Assembly (NCBI GenBank): GCA_021776735.1
Contig: JAJFFH010000049.1
Span: forward strand, 5,523 to 69,522
Length of the DNA: 64,000 nt
Direction of reading: 5' to 3'
Source of the DNA: Planctomycetota bacterium
GTDB lineage: Bacteria; Planctomycetota; PLA2
Shown: one piece after another, positions 17,901 to 26,237 of the stretch
Numbering within the stretch: the stretch's first letter is position 1
Layout of the letters: every line of letters begins with the position of its first letter
Program-made: the position numbers and the translations under genes
Notes under the pieces: model-generated
What the model saw: the letters and a program-made list of their open reading frames with translations, nothing else
What the model was told of the DNA's origin: nothing
Databases searched by the model: none

Positions 17901-18380
17901 GTAACGGACGGTGACGGCCGCTTTCACGTCAAGGGGCTCCACGGTACCCACGCCACGATCGCAGTTGACACGAATCGCGGCTCACGCGCGGAGACCTACA
18001 TGCAGCAGGATCTGCGCGTGGAGCCGGGACAGCGCGACATCGAGATTCGGGTGCGGACCGAACGGACGATCACCGGTCGCGTGCTGGATCCGAAGGGGGC
18101 GCCTGTCGCTGGCGTATGGGTCTCGATCACAGATGTCGCGACCAGCAGCGGCGCGCGGCTGACCACGGACGGCGATGGGCGGTTCCGATTCCATGGCCGG
18201 AGTCGGGCGACCTACGAGTTTTCCGCGTCCGCCCGCCGCATTCCGTTTGGCCCCGGCATGTGGGGCTTCGCGTGGGCAGGCAAAACGACCGCCGGTGCCG
18301 GGACGAATTCGGTGACGGTCGCGTTGCAGGTGGATCAAAACGCGGTTCGGATGGCGGAGCGCGCCCGCCGTGGCCGGTGA
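14994..18380 (+). CDS. ECF sigma factor fused in frame to a TM helix and about 900 aa of CarboxypepD_reg-like repeats
   Basis: N-terminal 180 aa carry sigma region 2 (EDVVQEAWLRA) and region 4 (LDLPEPYRSTILMRYFEDLAPREIARRVGVPGATVRTRVRRGLAMLRKAL). This is followed by TM helix MAKLKGAAVVAAVLAVIALTVW. Then come repeated GRVVDAGGAAVAGATVIVSGP / GRVLDPKGAPVAGVWVSI / TDGDGRFRF units. There is no stop codon between the parts. Confidence 0.8.
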   Translation: MDDAPEVEALLAHGRFLRALARDILRDAHQAEDVVQEAWLRARNRAPRKAGAMRAWLARIVRNLALDRVRAEQARRQREVAVGRAAVRQGRTAMSVPPPDVAARFEVQKRTADAVLDLPEPYRSTILMRYFEDLAPREIARRVGVPGATVRTRVRRGLAMLRKALDERYGRRAWPALLVVGGGVMAKLKGAAVVAAVLAVIALTVWRVRADPERTRGRSSEGRRAASTSSGLTLADSAGDTVSHRSRRILSGVVLETSGRPASGAVVRWRLRQPDLGWQPFRHSALHSGSATCDDAGRFRLSVDRRAGSLSAVKDGDVSPDWEVGTGDPGAGLVLHLRTPVSVVIRVIENRDRPVTGAQVRVAPTLLGPFAGDVHDGATDSSGRVRIAGVQPGFASVVVRAAGYVTAVRRAVRLPGNDVVVRLRRGRPFFGIVCDAGAVPVQDARVRWVSAHEHALGGEQRTDAGGRFLVPALPAGRIAFFVEAGATGQAYHVCARPAGRSVGERQRFALDPPVGLEGRVWMGEKSARRPLVGIPVRVSGAEFFHVTNRGTFGVRVIRFGSLSRRAVTDADGRFAFAGLSHRATQLSLAPPFYVVKRLAGGDVQAARAGRVHGTVRDEAGRPVAGAVVLRPGGEGYRNITNAKGQYELSLVPGAKRAVRLDVFKDGFTRVQRGVSSAGAIDFRLARVSSIDGRVVSAAGRPILGVKVGPVRNTVFTDRDGRFRFFRSPETTSVPFVHESYEYRSVELSDEATVVLSPAPVRVFVRGRVLDTKGEPIGEADVTWRSEGRHEAAITDGRGRFELGLAAGAWTVVVERDGYAPWRREDVDVPRAELLEIIVRSGSSIAGRVVDAGGAAVAGATVIVSGPRDAGKARNWRATTGVDGGFHVDDLPHGQFAVIAAGPSSAAGHDRAHDVAADTVDLELRFAASRALSGRVFDPDGRPWPGVGIVVRVTDADLRRHRLRRDRVSAVTDGDGRFHVKGLHGTHATIAVDTNRGSRAETYMQQDLRVEPGQRDIEIRVRTERTITGRVLDPKGAPVAGVWVSITDVATSSGARLTTDGDGRFRFHGRSRATYEFSASARRIPFGPGMWGFAWAGKTTAGAGTNSVTVALQVDQNAVRMAERARRGR
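15261..15278 (-). repeat. Dispersed motif copy inside the sigma-fusion gene linker (encodes G-R-T-A-M-S)
   Basis: GGACGGACGGCGATGTCT. Confidence 0.65.
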
Positions 18381-18404
18381 CCCGCCCTGCGGCGCCGGCG
18401 CTTT

Positions 18405-19304
18405 CTACCTGCTCAAGTGGCGTAGCGCGAAACGGCAGGCCTCGAGCAGCGGCTCGTCTTGGGTCTCCGCCGCATACGGGCCGACGGTCGCGGTGTGACT
18501 CAGCGCCCGAAACCGTGCGCGCCGACGCGTGTTGTCGTCGACTGAGCCGTACGCGTCGAACAGTCTGTCCCGCGCGGTCGCGGGCAGCAACACATACGCG
18601 ATCATCAGATCGACGGCCGGGTCGCCCCGATGGACGTCGCCCCAGTCGATGACGCCGGACAGGGCCGCGTTCTCGTCGAGGATGATGTGGCGTGCGTACA
18701 GGTCGCCGTGGCAGAGAACGCCCGGACCGTCAAAGGGCATGAGCCCCTTGGCCAGCGGACGATACTCGTCTTCGTTGTCGATCAGTCCCACACGAGTGAG
18801 CTCGGCGAGCTGATCCGGAATCCGGGCCGTTCTTTTGGCCAAGTCCATGCGCCCGATCACGTCACCGGGCAGACCGGCGTCGAAGTCGAGGCCATGCAGC
18901 ACCCCTAAAAAATGTCCGAGCGGCGCCGCCAGGGCAGCCCGTGCCGACTCGTCGAACGGGACGCGGCAGGCGGTCTCGCCCGGCACGAGCGAGTAACCGG
19001 CGAACGGCCACGGGTCGTCGCCGGCGGGCGGCGCGAGATAGCGCGGCTCGGGTATGCGGACGGGCAGCGTCGCCGCCAGGGCATTGAGCACACGGCGCTC
19101 GAGTGCAACGACCTCGGCCCCGAACGGACGCCGCGGAAACCGGAAGACGTATTTGTCATCGACCAGGAAACAGGTGTTGTCCCAACCGGCCCCGAGCAGC
19201 ACAACGGTGTCGGCTCGCACTTCGGGCAGGCGGGCGTGCAAGAGCGTCCGTGCGCCGTCGGCGTCGAGGGTGCGTTGCGGTTCCCACTTCTGCACGGGAG
19301 TCAT
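18405..19304 (-). CDS. Phosphotransferase (APH/choline-kinase-like kinase family)
   Basis: HGDLYARHIILDENAALSGVIDWGDVHRGDPAVDLM is the Brenner/APH motif. Start taken at MTPVQKW. Confidence 0.8.
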   Translation of the reverse strand: MTPVQKWEPQRTLDADGARTLLHARLPEVRADTVVLLGAGWDNTCFLVDDKYVFRFPRRPFGAEVVALERRVLNALAATLPVRIPEPRYLAPPAGDDPWPFAGYSLVPGETACRVPFDESARAALAAPLGHFLGVLHGLDFDAGLPGDVIGRMDLAKRTARIPDQLAELTRVGLIDNEDEYRPLAKGLMPFDGPGVLCHGDLYARHIILDENAALSGVIDWGDVHRGDPAVDLMIAYVLLPATARDRLFDAYGSVDDNTRRRARFRALSHTATVGPYAAETQDEPLLEACRFALRHLSR

Positions 19305-19331
19305 CGTAGCGACGACTGATAGTCTCTGGGC

Positions 19332-20405
19332 GTGAACCAACGAGAGCAAGACGCCGTCCTCGGAGCGCTCACGGCCGATGCCGCCGCACTCGGGCTGCAT
19401 TGGATCTATGACACGGCGCGCATTCGCGATGTCGTCGGCTCCGGGGCTCCGGAATTCGTCACGCCCGACATCGACAACTATCGCAAGACCCAGGCGTACT
19501 TTGCGCATGCAGGCAAGCGCGTCGGCGACTCGTCGCATTACGGCGCGCAGGCGATGGTCGCCCTGCGATCGCTATGTGCTTGCGACGGAGCACTCGACAT
19601 CGCGGACTACGACCGGCGCTACGTCGCGGCCTTCGGGCCCGGCGGAACGTGGGTCGGTTACATCGACTATGCGACCCGCGAGACGCTGCACGCGATCGAC
19701 GCCGCCGGACGCGCCGCACTCGAGGCCGCGCGTGACTTCGATCTCGGCGAGCACGAGAACGAACGCGCGCTGATCCAAGCGAAAGTCATGGCCAACGCGG
19801 GCCGTTGGCAGGGCCCGGAACTCGACCGGGCGATGGAACGCGCGGTCCACATCACCCACCCCGGCAACGCCGCGCTCGTGAGGACGGCGCAGGCGATGGC
19901 GCACTCGGTGGTGAAGGCGCGAGCCGGACCCCATGGTTCGGACGACGTGCAGTTGCCGGCAGTGAGTAGTCTGCCGGCCCTGGGCGCGGCCCTCGACGCC
20001 GCCCGTGTGGAGTCCGCCGTTCGGATCACACATCACAACGACGAGGCGGTGCGCTGGGCCGAGACCTGTGCCGCGATGCTGCGCGCGGCGCACGCGGGCG
20101 CGACATGCCGGGAAGTCGCCGAGGCGGCGGACCAGCCGGCGTTCGAGGAGTACGCCACGGCCGCCGAGGCCGTCCAGAAACACGGGACCGCCTGCAACCT
20201 TGACGCCGCCGTGCCGCTGATGACCGTGCTCTTGCGCGACGCCGCGGACTTCAAAAGCACGATCCGCCAAAACATCCTGCTCGGCGGGGATTCCTCGGGT
20301 CGCGGCATCCTGCTCGGCGCGGTGCTCGCGCTCTGTTTCGGGGTTCCGGACGACTGGCTGAAAAGGACCCACGCCGCCCGCGAAGCCGAACGTTTGTTCG
20401 CGTAG
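19332..20405 (+). CDS. ADP-ribosylglycohydrolase family protein
   Basis: GALTADAAALGLHWIYD...SHYGAQAM...GGDSSGRGILLGAV are family motifs. Confidence 0.85.
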   Translation: MNQREQDAVLGALTADAAALGLHWIYDTARIRDVVGSGAPEFVTPDIDNYRKTQAYFAHAGKRVGDSSHYGAQAMVALRSLCACDGALDIADYDRRYVAAFGPGGTWVGYIDYATRETLHAIDAAGRAALEAARDFDLGEHENERALIQAKVMANAGRWQGPELDRAMERAVHITHPGNAALVRTAQAMAHSVVKARAGPHGSDDVQLPAVSSLPALGAALDAARVESAVRITHHNDEAVRWAETCAAMLRAAHAGATCREVAEAADQPAFEEYATAAEAVQKHGTACNLDAAVPLMTVLLRDAADFKSTIRQNILLGGDSSGRGILLGAVLALCFGVPDDWLKRTHAAREAERLFA

Positions 20406-20434
20406 CGTTCCCGGGATTCCGCTACGATGCACGT

Positions 20435-20848
20435 ATGGCGGAAGACAACGGATTCGATGGGTCTTCGCGACCCGTGTACCTGTTCGCGTTCCTGGTCGGC
20501 GCGGGCATCGCGATCTATCTGTACTTCGTGAAGTTCGACGAGCTCTCGGAAACGCAACTCGTCAACTACTCCGGAGTCTGGTTCCTGATGTTCGTCTTCG
20601 GCGGCACCGGCCTCGCCCTCGAAGCCGCCGCGACGCTCGTCGCCAAGGGCGAGGTCGAGAATCTGTCGAAGGGCATCGTTCGGCACGGCTGCGGTACCGC
20701 ACCGATCACCTGGCTCTTCTTTTTTCCGCTTCTGTTCTACAACGCCGCGAAGAACGCCAAGAAAACACTGCCGGTCGCGATCTACATCACCGCCGTCTGG
20801 GCGGCGCTGTTCTATTTCTTCATGGCCGTCGTGTTCCCGGCCCTGTAA
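20435..20848 (+). CDS. Small integral membrane protein (3-4 TM), hypothetical
   Basis: 137 aa. Hydrophobic segments. Locally lower GC. Confidence 0.55.
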   Translation: MAEDNGFDGSSRPVYLFAFLVGAGIAIYLYFVKFDELSETQLVNYSGVWFLMFVFGGTGLALEAAATLVAKGEVENLSKGIVRHGCGTAPITWLFFFPLLFYNAAKNAKKTLPVAIYITAVWAALFYFFMAVVFPAL

Positions 20849-20850
20849 GA

Positions 20851-20909
20851 ATCGCCGTCCGTTTGCTGTTTGACCGACATCGGACCGTAAGCAAACGGAC
20901 GGCGATGTT
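20851..20909. repeat. Inverted pair of the dispersed motif (ATCGCCGTCCGTTTGCT ... AGCAAACGGACGGCGATGTT)
   Basis: Two copies in opposite orientation 22 nt apart. They lie between the stop of the membrane-protein gene and the start of the FG-GAP gene. Confidence 0.8.
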
Positions 20910-20948
20910 TGCCCGACCGTGGCCGCTGTCGCGTATATGCTGGCAGAC

Positions 20949-22196
20949 ATGAAAACGGGCGTCATCCTCCTCTTGCTCGGCGGCCTCGTGATGGCCCAGA
21001 GCAATCGCTTCGAAAAGCCGGTGCGGCTCAAGGCTGCCGGGAAGGTCATTACGACCGAGGTCGGCCACTCCGCGCCGTATGTGTACGATTGGGACGGCGA
21101 CGGCGTGCGTGATCTGTTGGTCGGGCAGTTCGGCCAGGGCAAGCTGCGCATCTTTCGCAATGCGGGCACGAACAAGGCGCCGCGCTACGAGGAGGGCGTG
21201 TGGTTTCAGGCGGGCGGTGCGCTGGCGACCGTTCCCGCGGGGTGATGCGTCGGTTTTGGTCCGCAGTTGGCGGACCTCAATGGCGATGGGCACGACGACG
21301 TCCTGAGCGGGTCGTACTGGCCCGGGAACATCTTTGTCTTTGACGGCGAAGGCAAAGCGATGTTTGCCAAGCGCCGGGCGCTCGTCGATGAATCGGGTCA
21401 AAAGCTGCACGGGGCGACGCCGTGGCCGGACGAGAAGACTCCCAACATGGACAGCCTCGCTGCGGCGCCGTGGCTCATCGACTTCGATGCCGACGGCGAT
21501 CTCGATCTCCTGATCGGCAACATCGCGGGGCGCGTCATCTTGATCGACAACCTGGGGTCGAAGAAGGCGCCGAAGTTTGCGCGTACGCGCGTGCGGCTGC
21601 AGGCGGGCGGCAAGGATATCCGCGTGCCCGGAGGAGATGCCGGTCCGACGACGGTGGATTGGGACGGCGACGGAAAGTGGGATCTGCTGGTCGGCGCCGG
21701 TGATGGATCGGTCTGGTGGTATCGCAATGTCGGACGCAACGGGGCGCCCGAGTTCGCCGCCGGTGTGAGGCTTATTGACGCGCCGGCACGGGGCGGCGGA
21801 CCGGTGCCGTGGACGGACGAGCCGAAGGAACACGGTTCGCGCACCAAGGTTCATGCGGTCGATTACGACGGCGACGGGCGCCTCGATCTGCTGGTGGGCG
21901 ATTTCAACATGCTCAAGCAGGCCGAGCCCAGGCTGAGCGAGACGCAGACCCAAAAGCGCGACGCGTTGCGTGCGGAGCGGTCCGAACTGCAGACGCGGCT
22001 CAACGACGTGTTCAAGAAGTACAAAACCTTGGAGGACAGGGCCAAACGTGAAGCGGCGATGAAGCCGATCACCGCGCGGTTCACCGCGATCTTCAACGAG
22101 CTGCGCCCCTTCGAGGCCAAAAACGACCCGACCGGATGGGTCTGGCTGTTCGTGCGCAAGACACCTGCCGACTCGAACGCGCCTGTGGGCGAGTAG
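20949..22196 (+). CDS. Secreted FG-GAP/VCBS-repeat (beta-propeller) protein interrupted by in-frame TGA at 21243..21245 (candidate Sec codon or pseudogene)
   Basis: ORFs 20919..21245 and 21267..22196 share a frame and are separated only by TGA. The repeat unit continues across it (...ATVPAG-U-CVGFGPQLADLNGDGHDDVL). A perfect 7-bp hairpin GGTCCGC-AGTTG-GCGGACC (21258..21276) lies 12 nt 3' of the TGA. Confidence 0.55.
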
Positions 22197-22217
22197 GACC
22201 GAGCTCCACCGACTCAC

Positions 22218-22263
22218 ACCTCCGGACCGGGATCACCTACAATCCCGGTCCGGAGGTTTTTCT
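22218..22263 (+). terminator. Rho-independent terminator (14-bp perfect stem + T5)
   Basis: ACCTCCGGACCGGGA-tcacctacaa-TCCCGGTCCGGAGGTTTTT directly after the FG-GAP gene. Confidence 0.8.
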
Positions 22264-22264
22264 T

Positions 22265-24082
22265 ATGAAGCTCGGTGGTTACGCGAATCGCATCGGACAT
22301 GTCGATCTGACGGCTTGGACGGTCGAAAACAAGCCCATCCGCGAGGAGTGGGCTCGAAAATACATCGGGGCGCGCGGCCTGGGCGTGCGCTACCTGCTCC
22401 AAAACGGGCCCGATGTCGATCCGCTCTCGCCCGACAACCTCCTGTGCTTCATGAACGGGCCGTTGACCGGCACGGCGGCGACGATGAGCGGTCGGCTCGC
22501 TGTTGTCACGAAGTCGCCGTTGACCGGCACCGCGACGGACAGCCATCAGGGCGGCTGGTCGGCGGCGCGGTTGCGTTGGGCGGGCTTTGACGGGCTCGTG
22601 ATTCGCGGCCGGGCGGACAAGCCGGCGTACCTCTACGTGTCGGACGACACCGTTGAGATTCGCGACGCCTCCGACGTGTGGGGCCAAGGGGTTCACGACA
22701 CCGTGGCGCACTTTCGCGCGAAGTACGGCGAGAAGGATCTGACCGTCATCGCCATCGGGCCGGCGGGCGAGAACCAGGTCCGTTTTTCGGCGTGGATCAA
22801 CGAGAACGATCGCGCGGCCGGGCGCGGCGGCACCGGCTGTGTCGGCGGCAGCAAGAACCTGAAGGCGATCGTCGTGAAGGCGAAGAAGGTGCTGCCGCAG
22901 CCCGCGGACAAGGACGCGTGGAAACCGGCGCACCAGCGCGCGCTCAAAACGATCATGGATCCCGGCAACGTGACCGCGCCAAACAAGGGCGGTCTGTCGG
23001 TCTACGGCACCAACGTGCTGATGAACATCACCAACACGATGGGGGCGCTGCCGACGAACAACTCCCAGACGACCTCGTTCGGCGAAGGCGGCGAGAAAAT
23101 CAGCGGCGAGTACGTCCGCGAGCACATGCTCGTCGAGGAGCCGACGTGCCACGCGTGCCCGGTCGCCTGCAAGAAGATGGTCGAGGTCAAGGACGGCCCG
23201 TTCAAGGGCGTGCGCATGGAGAGCTTCGAGTACGAGCCGGCGTGGTCGCTCGGCGCGAACTGCGGCAATGACGACGCGAACTCGATCGCGAAGATGATCG
23301 ATCTGGCCAACGACCACGGCTTCGATGCAATCGAGATCGGCGGCATCCTGTCGGCGTACATGGAAGCGACCGAACGCGGCCTTGCGGGCGACAACGGGCT
23401 CGCCTGGGGCGACGTGCCCGGCATGATTGCCACCATCGAACAAACCGTGCGTCGTGAGGGCATCGGCGACGTGCTGGCGAACGGCATCGAGCCGACCGCC
23501 ACGCATTTCGGCGCGCCCGAGACCGGCATGCACGTCAAAAACCAGGGCCTGCCGGCCTACGATCCGCGTGGCATGAAGGGCATGGGCCTGGCGTACGCCA
23601 CCTCGAACCGCGGCGCGTGTCACCTGCGCGCGTATACGCCGGCCAGCGAACTCGGCCTGATCCCGATGAAGACCGACCCGCTCGCCTGGAAGGGCAAGGG
23701 CGATCTCGTAAAACTGATGCAGGACCTGCACGCGTTTTCCGACAGCCTCGACCTGTGCAAGTTCAGCGCGTTCGCCGAGGGGGCGGAAGAGTACGCCCAA
23801 CAGTACTCGGCAATTGTCGGGGTGCCGTTCACGGTCGACGACGTGTTGCAGACCGGCGAACGCATCTACAACCTGGAGCGCCGCTACAACAACCTCGCGG
23901 GTTTCGGCGAGGGCGCCGACACCCTGCCGAAGCGCTACACGAGTGAAGCGTCCACGATGAAGGGCTCGGAAGGCCACGTCTGCGAGCTGAACGACATGCT
24001 CAAGGAGTACTACACCGCGCGCGGCTGGACCGACGGCGGCGTTGTGCCGGACGAGAAGCTGGCCGAGCTTGGGGTGACCTAA
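22265..24082 (+). CDS. aor: Aldehyde:ferredoxin oxidoreductase (tungsten-type AOR family)
   Basis: 606 aa. N-terminal AOR domain (GGYANRIGHVDLT...GARGLGVRYLL). Cys motifs EPTCHACPVACKKM. C-terminal AOR domains. Confidence 0.9.
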   Translation: MKLGGYANRIGHVDLTAWTVENKPIREEWARKYIGARGLGVRYLLQNGPDVDPLSPDNLLCFMNGPLTGTAATMSGRLAVVTKSPLTGTATDSHQGGWSAARLRWAGFDGLVIRGRADKPAYLYVSDDTVEIRDASDVWGQGVHDTVAHFRAKYGEKDLTVIAIGPAGENQVRFSAWINENDRAAGRGGTGCVGGSKNLKAIVVKAKKVLPQPADKDAWKPAHQRALKTIMDPGNVTAPNKGGLSVYGTNVLMNITNTMGALPTNNSQTTSFGEGGEKISGEYVREHMLVEEPTCHACPVACKKMVEVKDGPFKGVRMESFEYEPAWSLGANCGNDDANSIAKMIDLANDHGFDAIEIGGILSAYMEATERGLAGDNGLAWGDVPGMIATIEQTVRREGIGDVLANGIEPTATHFGAPETGMHVKNQGLPAYDPRGMKGMGLAYATSNRGACHLRAYTPASELGLIPMKTDPLAWKGKGDLVKLMQDLHAFSDSLDLCKFSAFAEGAEEYAQQYSAIVGVPFTVDDVLQTGERIYNLERRYNNLAGFGEGADTLPKRYTSEASTMKGSEGHVCELNDMLKEYYTARGWTDGGVVPDEKLAELGVT

Positions 24083-24221
24083 CGCCAGCTAGTCTAGTCG
24101 TGGTCAACGGACACGGCGGAATCGCCTGCGGCGATTTCCGTTAGCTCATGAGCCAGCCGGAGGAAGTCGGAATCTGCATTGGGGGCTCGGCGCGCGGGCC
24201 GGGCGGAGGTTCCGCGGACCG

Positions 24222-24566
24222 CTAGTTGGTCCCCGCCGCCAGCGGCCGGATGCGCTGGGCGATTTCTGCTCCAACGGTTTGTCGGGCCAAACGCAATTCG
24301 TAGTCTGCCTGTAGGCCGATCCAGATGTCTGCGGACACCGCGAAGTAGGTGCCGAGCCGCAGTGCCGTGTCGGCCGTGATTGCGCGCTTGCCGTTGACGA
24401 TTGCGCTGATTCGTCCGGGCGGCACGCAGAGTTCACGGGCGAGCCGGTTGATGCTGATGCCCAAAGGCTTCATGAACTCTTCCAAGAGGATTTCGCCCGG
24501 ATGAATCGGATCAAGTTGAGTCGGGCCGGCTCTCTTCGGGTGGGAACGCTTACGTTTCTGGGCCAT
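24222..24566 (-). CDS. higA: HigA-family antitoxin (XRE helix-turn-helix)
   Basis: HPGEILLEEFMKPLGISINRLARELCVPPGRISAIVNGKRAITADTALRLGTYF. Confidence 0.9.
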   Translation of the reverse strand: MAQKRKRSHPKRAGPTQLDPIHPGEILLEEFMKPLGISINRLARELCVPPGRISAIVNGKRAITADTALRLGTYFAVSADIWIGLQADYELRLARQTVGAEIAQRIRPLAAGTN

Positions 24567-24577
24567 GGTGAACTCCC

Positions 24578-24637
24578 TAGTGATCGTCGATAGTCTCCAC
24601 TTCGTAGGTGTCCTTGCAACGGAACGTCCGAATCATT
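24578..24637 (-). pseudogene. higB: higB toxin remnant (19 codons: MIRTFRCKD-TYEVETIDDH)
   Basis: Own translation. HigB-like N-terminus (MIRSFRHKG...) is fused to a HigB-like C-terminus (...AYDVDYVDYH). This is consistent with an internal deletion. The region is AT-rich. Confidence 0.5.
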
Positions 24638-24698
24638 CCAGTCGGATGGTATTATGTCTCGCGTAATACGTCAAGCGTAATGGTCGGGCCTGGGTTCC

Positions 24699-24956
24699 TC
24701 AGCCGCCTGCGCGCAGCAGTTTTTTTTCGAGGACCTCGTGCATGTGCGCGAGCGCGGCGGGTTCGCCGGTCAGCTGCACGCGCACGCGGCCGACCGTGAG
24801 CGACCCGACGCGGTGATCGGCGAGCGGCGTCAGATGCACCGTCCAACCCTCGCCCGCAACCGTGCGATCGTCCTTCGCGGTGCCGCCTTCCTCGACGAGG
24901 TACTCGCGCAGGAGCCAGAGCGGGATGCCCGTGACGTCGCGGGTAAAGTCAGCCAT
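24699..24956 (-). CDS. Small hypothetical protein ending in Gly-Gly
   Basis: 85 aa, non-biased composition, C-terminus LLRAGG. Function not recognised. Confidence 0.4.
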   Translation of the reverse strand: MADFTRDVTGIPLWLLREYLVEEGGTAKDDRTVAGEGWTVHLTPLADHRVGSLTVGRVRVQLTGEPAALAHMHEVLEKKLLRAGG

Positions 24957-24959
24957 GGC

Positions 24960-25229
24960 CTATCCGCCCGCCACCGCGGGAAAGACATCGAGAACATCGC
25001 CGTCCGCCAGCTTTGTCTCAAGGGCTTGCTCCAGGTAGGGAGCATCGCGGCCGTTGACAAACACATGGACGTGCGGCCACAACTCGCCGCGGTCGTTCAG
25101 CAACTCCGCGCGCATGCCCGGAAAGCGCTCCGCGATCGTGTCGATGACTTCGGCGACCGTGCCCGGTTCGAACTCGGTGCGCTTTTGGCCCGCGATCTCG
25201 CGCAGCGTTGCGTAGAAGTTGACGATCAC
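24960..25229 (-). CDS. MoaD/ThiS-family ubiquitin-like sulfur-carrier protein
   Basis: 89 aa. MIVNFYATLREIAG...GDVLDVFPAVAGG, a C-terminal GG beta-grasp signature. Confidence 0.8.
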   Translation of the reverse strand: MIVNFYATLREIAGQKRTEFEPGTVAEVIDTIAERFPGMRAELLNDRGELWPHVHVFVNGRDAPYLEQALETKLADGDVLDVFPAVAGG

Positions 25230-25273
25230 GGCGGCATTGTCGCATCGGGTTCGGGTCCGGTAAACTCGCGCGC

Positions 25274-26143
25274 ATGAAATGGAGAGGCCGTCGCCAGAGC
25301 AGCAACGTGGAAGACCGCCGTACGCGCGGAGGGCGCAGCATGGCGATGAAGGGGGGCGTCGGCGCCATCGTCATCGCGCTGATCGCCGCGTTCATGGGGG
25401 GGGATGTCGGGAAGCTGCTGAACCAGTTTACGAGTGGGGGGCTCGGGGGCGCCACGTCGTCCGGCCGGCCGCTGACCGCGGAAGAGAAGAAAGTCGGCGC
25501 GTTCATCAGTGTTGTGGTGGCCGATACCGAGGAGGTCTGGCAGAAGCTGTTTTCGCACGCCGGGCGGCGCTACGAGGAGCCCAAGGTCGTGCTCTATCGC
25601 GACAAGGTGAAATGGGCCGGCGGCACGGCCGACAAGGGCATGGGGCCGTTTTACAGTCCGACCGACAAGACCGTGTTCCTGGATCCGACGTTTTTCGAGG
25701 AACTCGCGCGCAAACTCGGGGCGCCGGGAGACTTCGCGCAGGCCTACGTCATCGCGCACGAGATCGGGCATCACGTCCAGAACCTGCTCGGTGCGTCGGG
25801 CCGCGTGCATGCGGCCCGGCGTCGCGTGAGCAAGATCGCGTACAACCGACTGTCGGTGCGTCTCGAACTGCAGGCAGACTTTTTGGCCGGAGTGTGGGCG
25901 CACCACATGCAGAAGAAACACCGGTTCCTCGAAGAGGGCGACATCGAGGAGGCGCTGCGCGCGGCAACGGCGGTGGGCGACGACACGCTATCGCGCGGTC
26001 GCGCCGCGATCGAGTCGTTCACCCACGGCTCGGCGAGACAGCGCGTCGCCTGGTTTCGCCACGGTTTTCGCACCGGCCGGCTCGAAGCGGGCGACACGTT
26101 CGACGACAAGGTGTTTCGCCGCGTAGACCCGGGCCCGCGCTGA
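25274..26143 (+). CDS. YpfJ-like neutral zinc metallopeptidase (Zn_peptidase_2)
   Basis: MKWRGRRQSSNVEDRR N-terminus. TM helix. HEIGHHVQN zinc motif. Confidence 0.9.
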   Translation: MKWRGRRQSSNVEDRRTRGGRSMAMKGGVGAIVIALIAAFMGGDVGKLLNQFTSGGLGGATSSGRPLTAEEKKVGAFISVVVADTEEVWQKLFSHAGRRYEEPKVVLYRDKVKWAGGTADKGMGPFYSPTDKTVFLDPTFFEELARKLGAPGDFAQAYVIAHEIGHHVQNLLGASGRVHAARRRVSKIAYNRLSVRLELQADFLAGVWAHHMQKKHRFLEEGDIEEALRAATAVGDDTLSRGRAAIESFTHGSARQRVAWFRHGFRTGRLEAGDTFDDKVFRRVDPGPR

Positions 26144-26237
26144 CGCGCGCCATCGCGAATAGGCGTCCGCGAAGCGGACTCTTGGGCACTACACTTGGTA
26201 GGGCTTCCGTTGATGGACGAGACCGGGATATCGCTGC

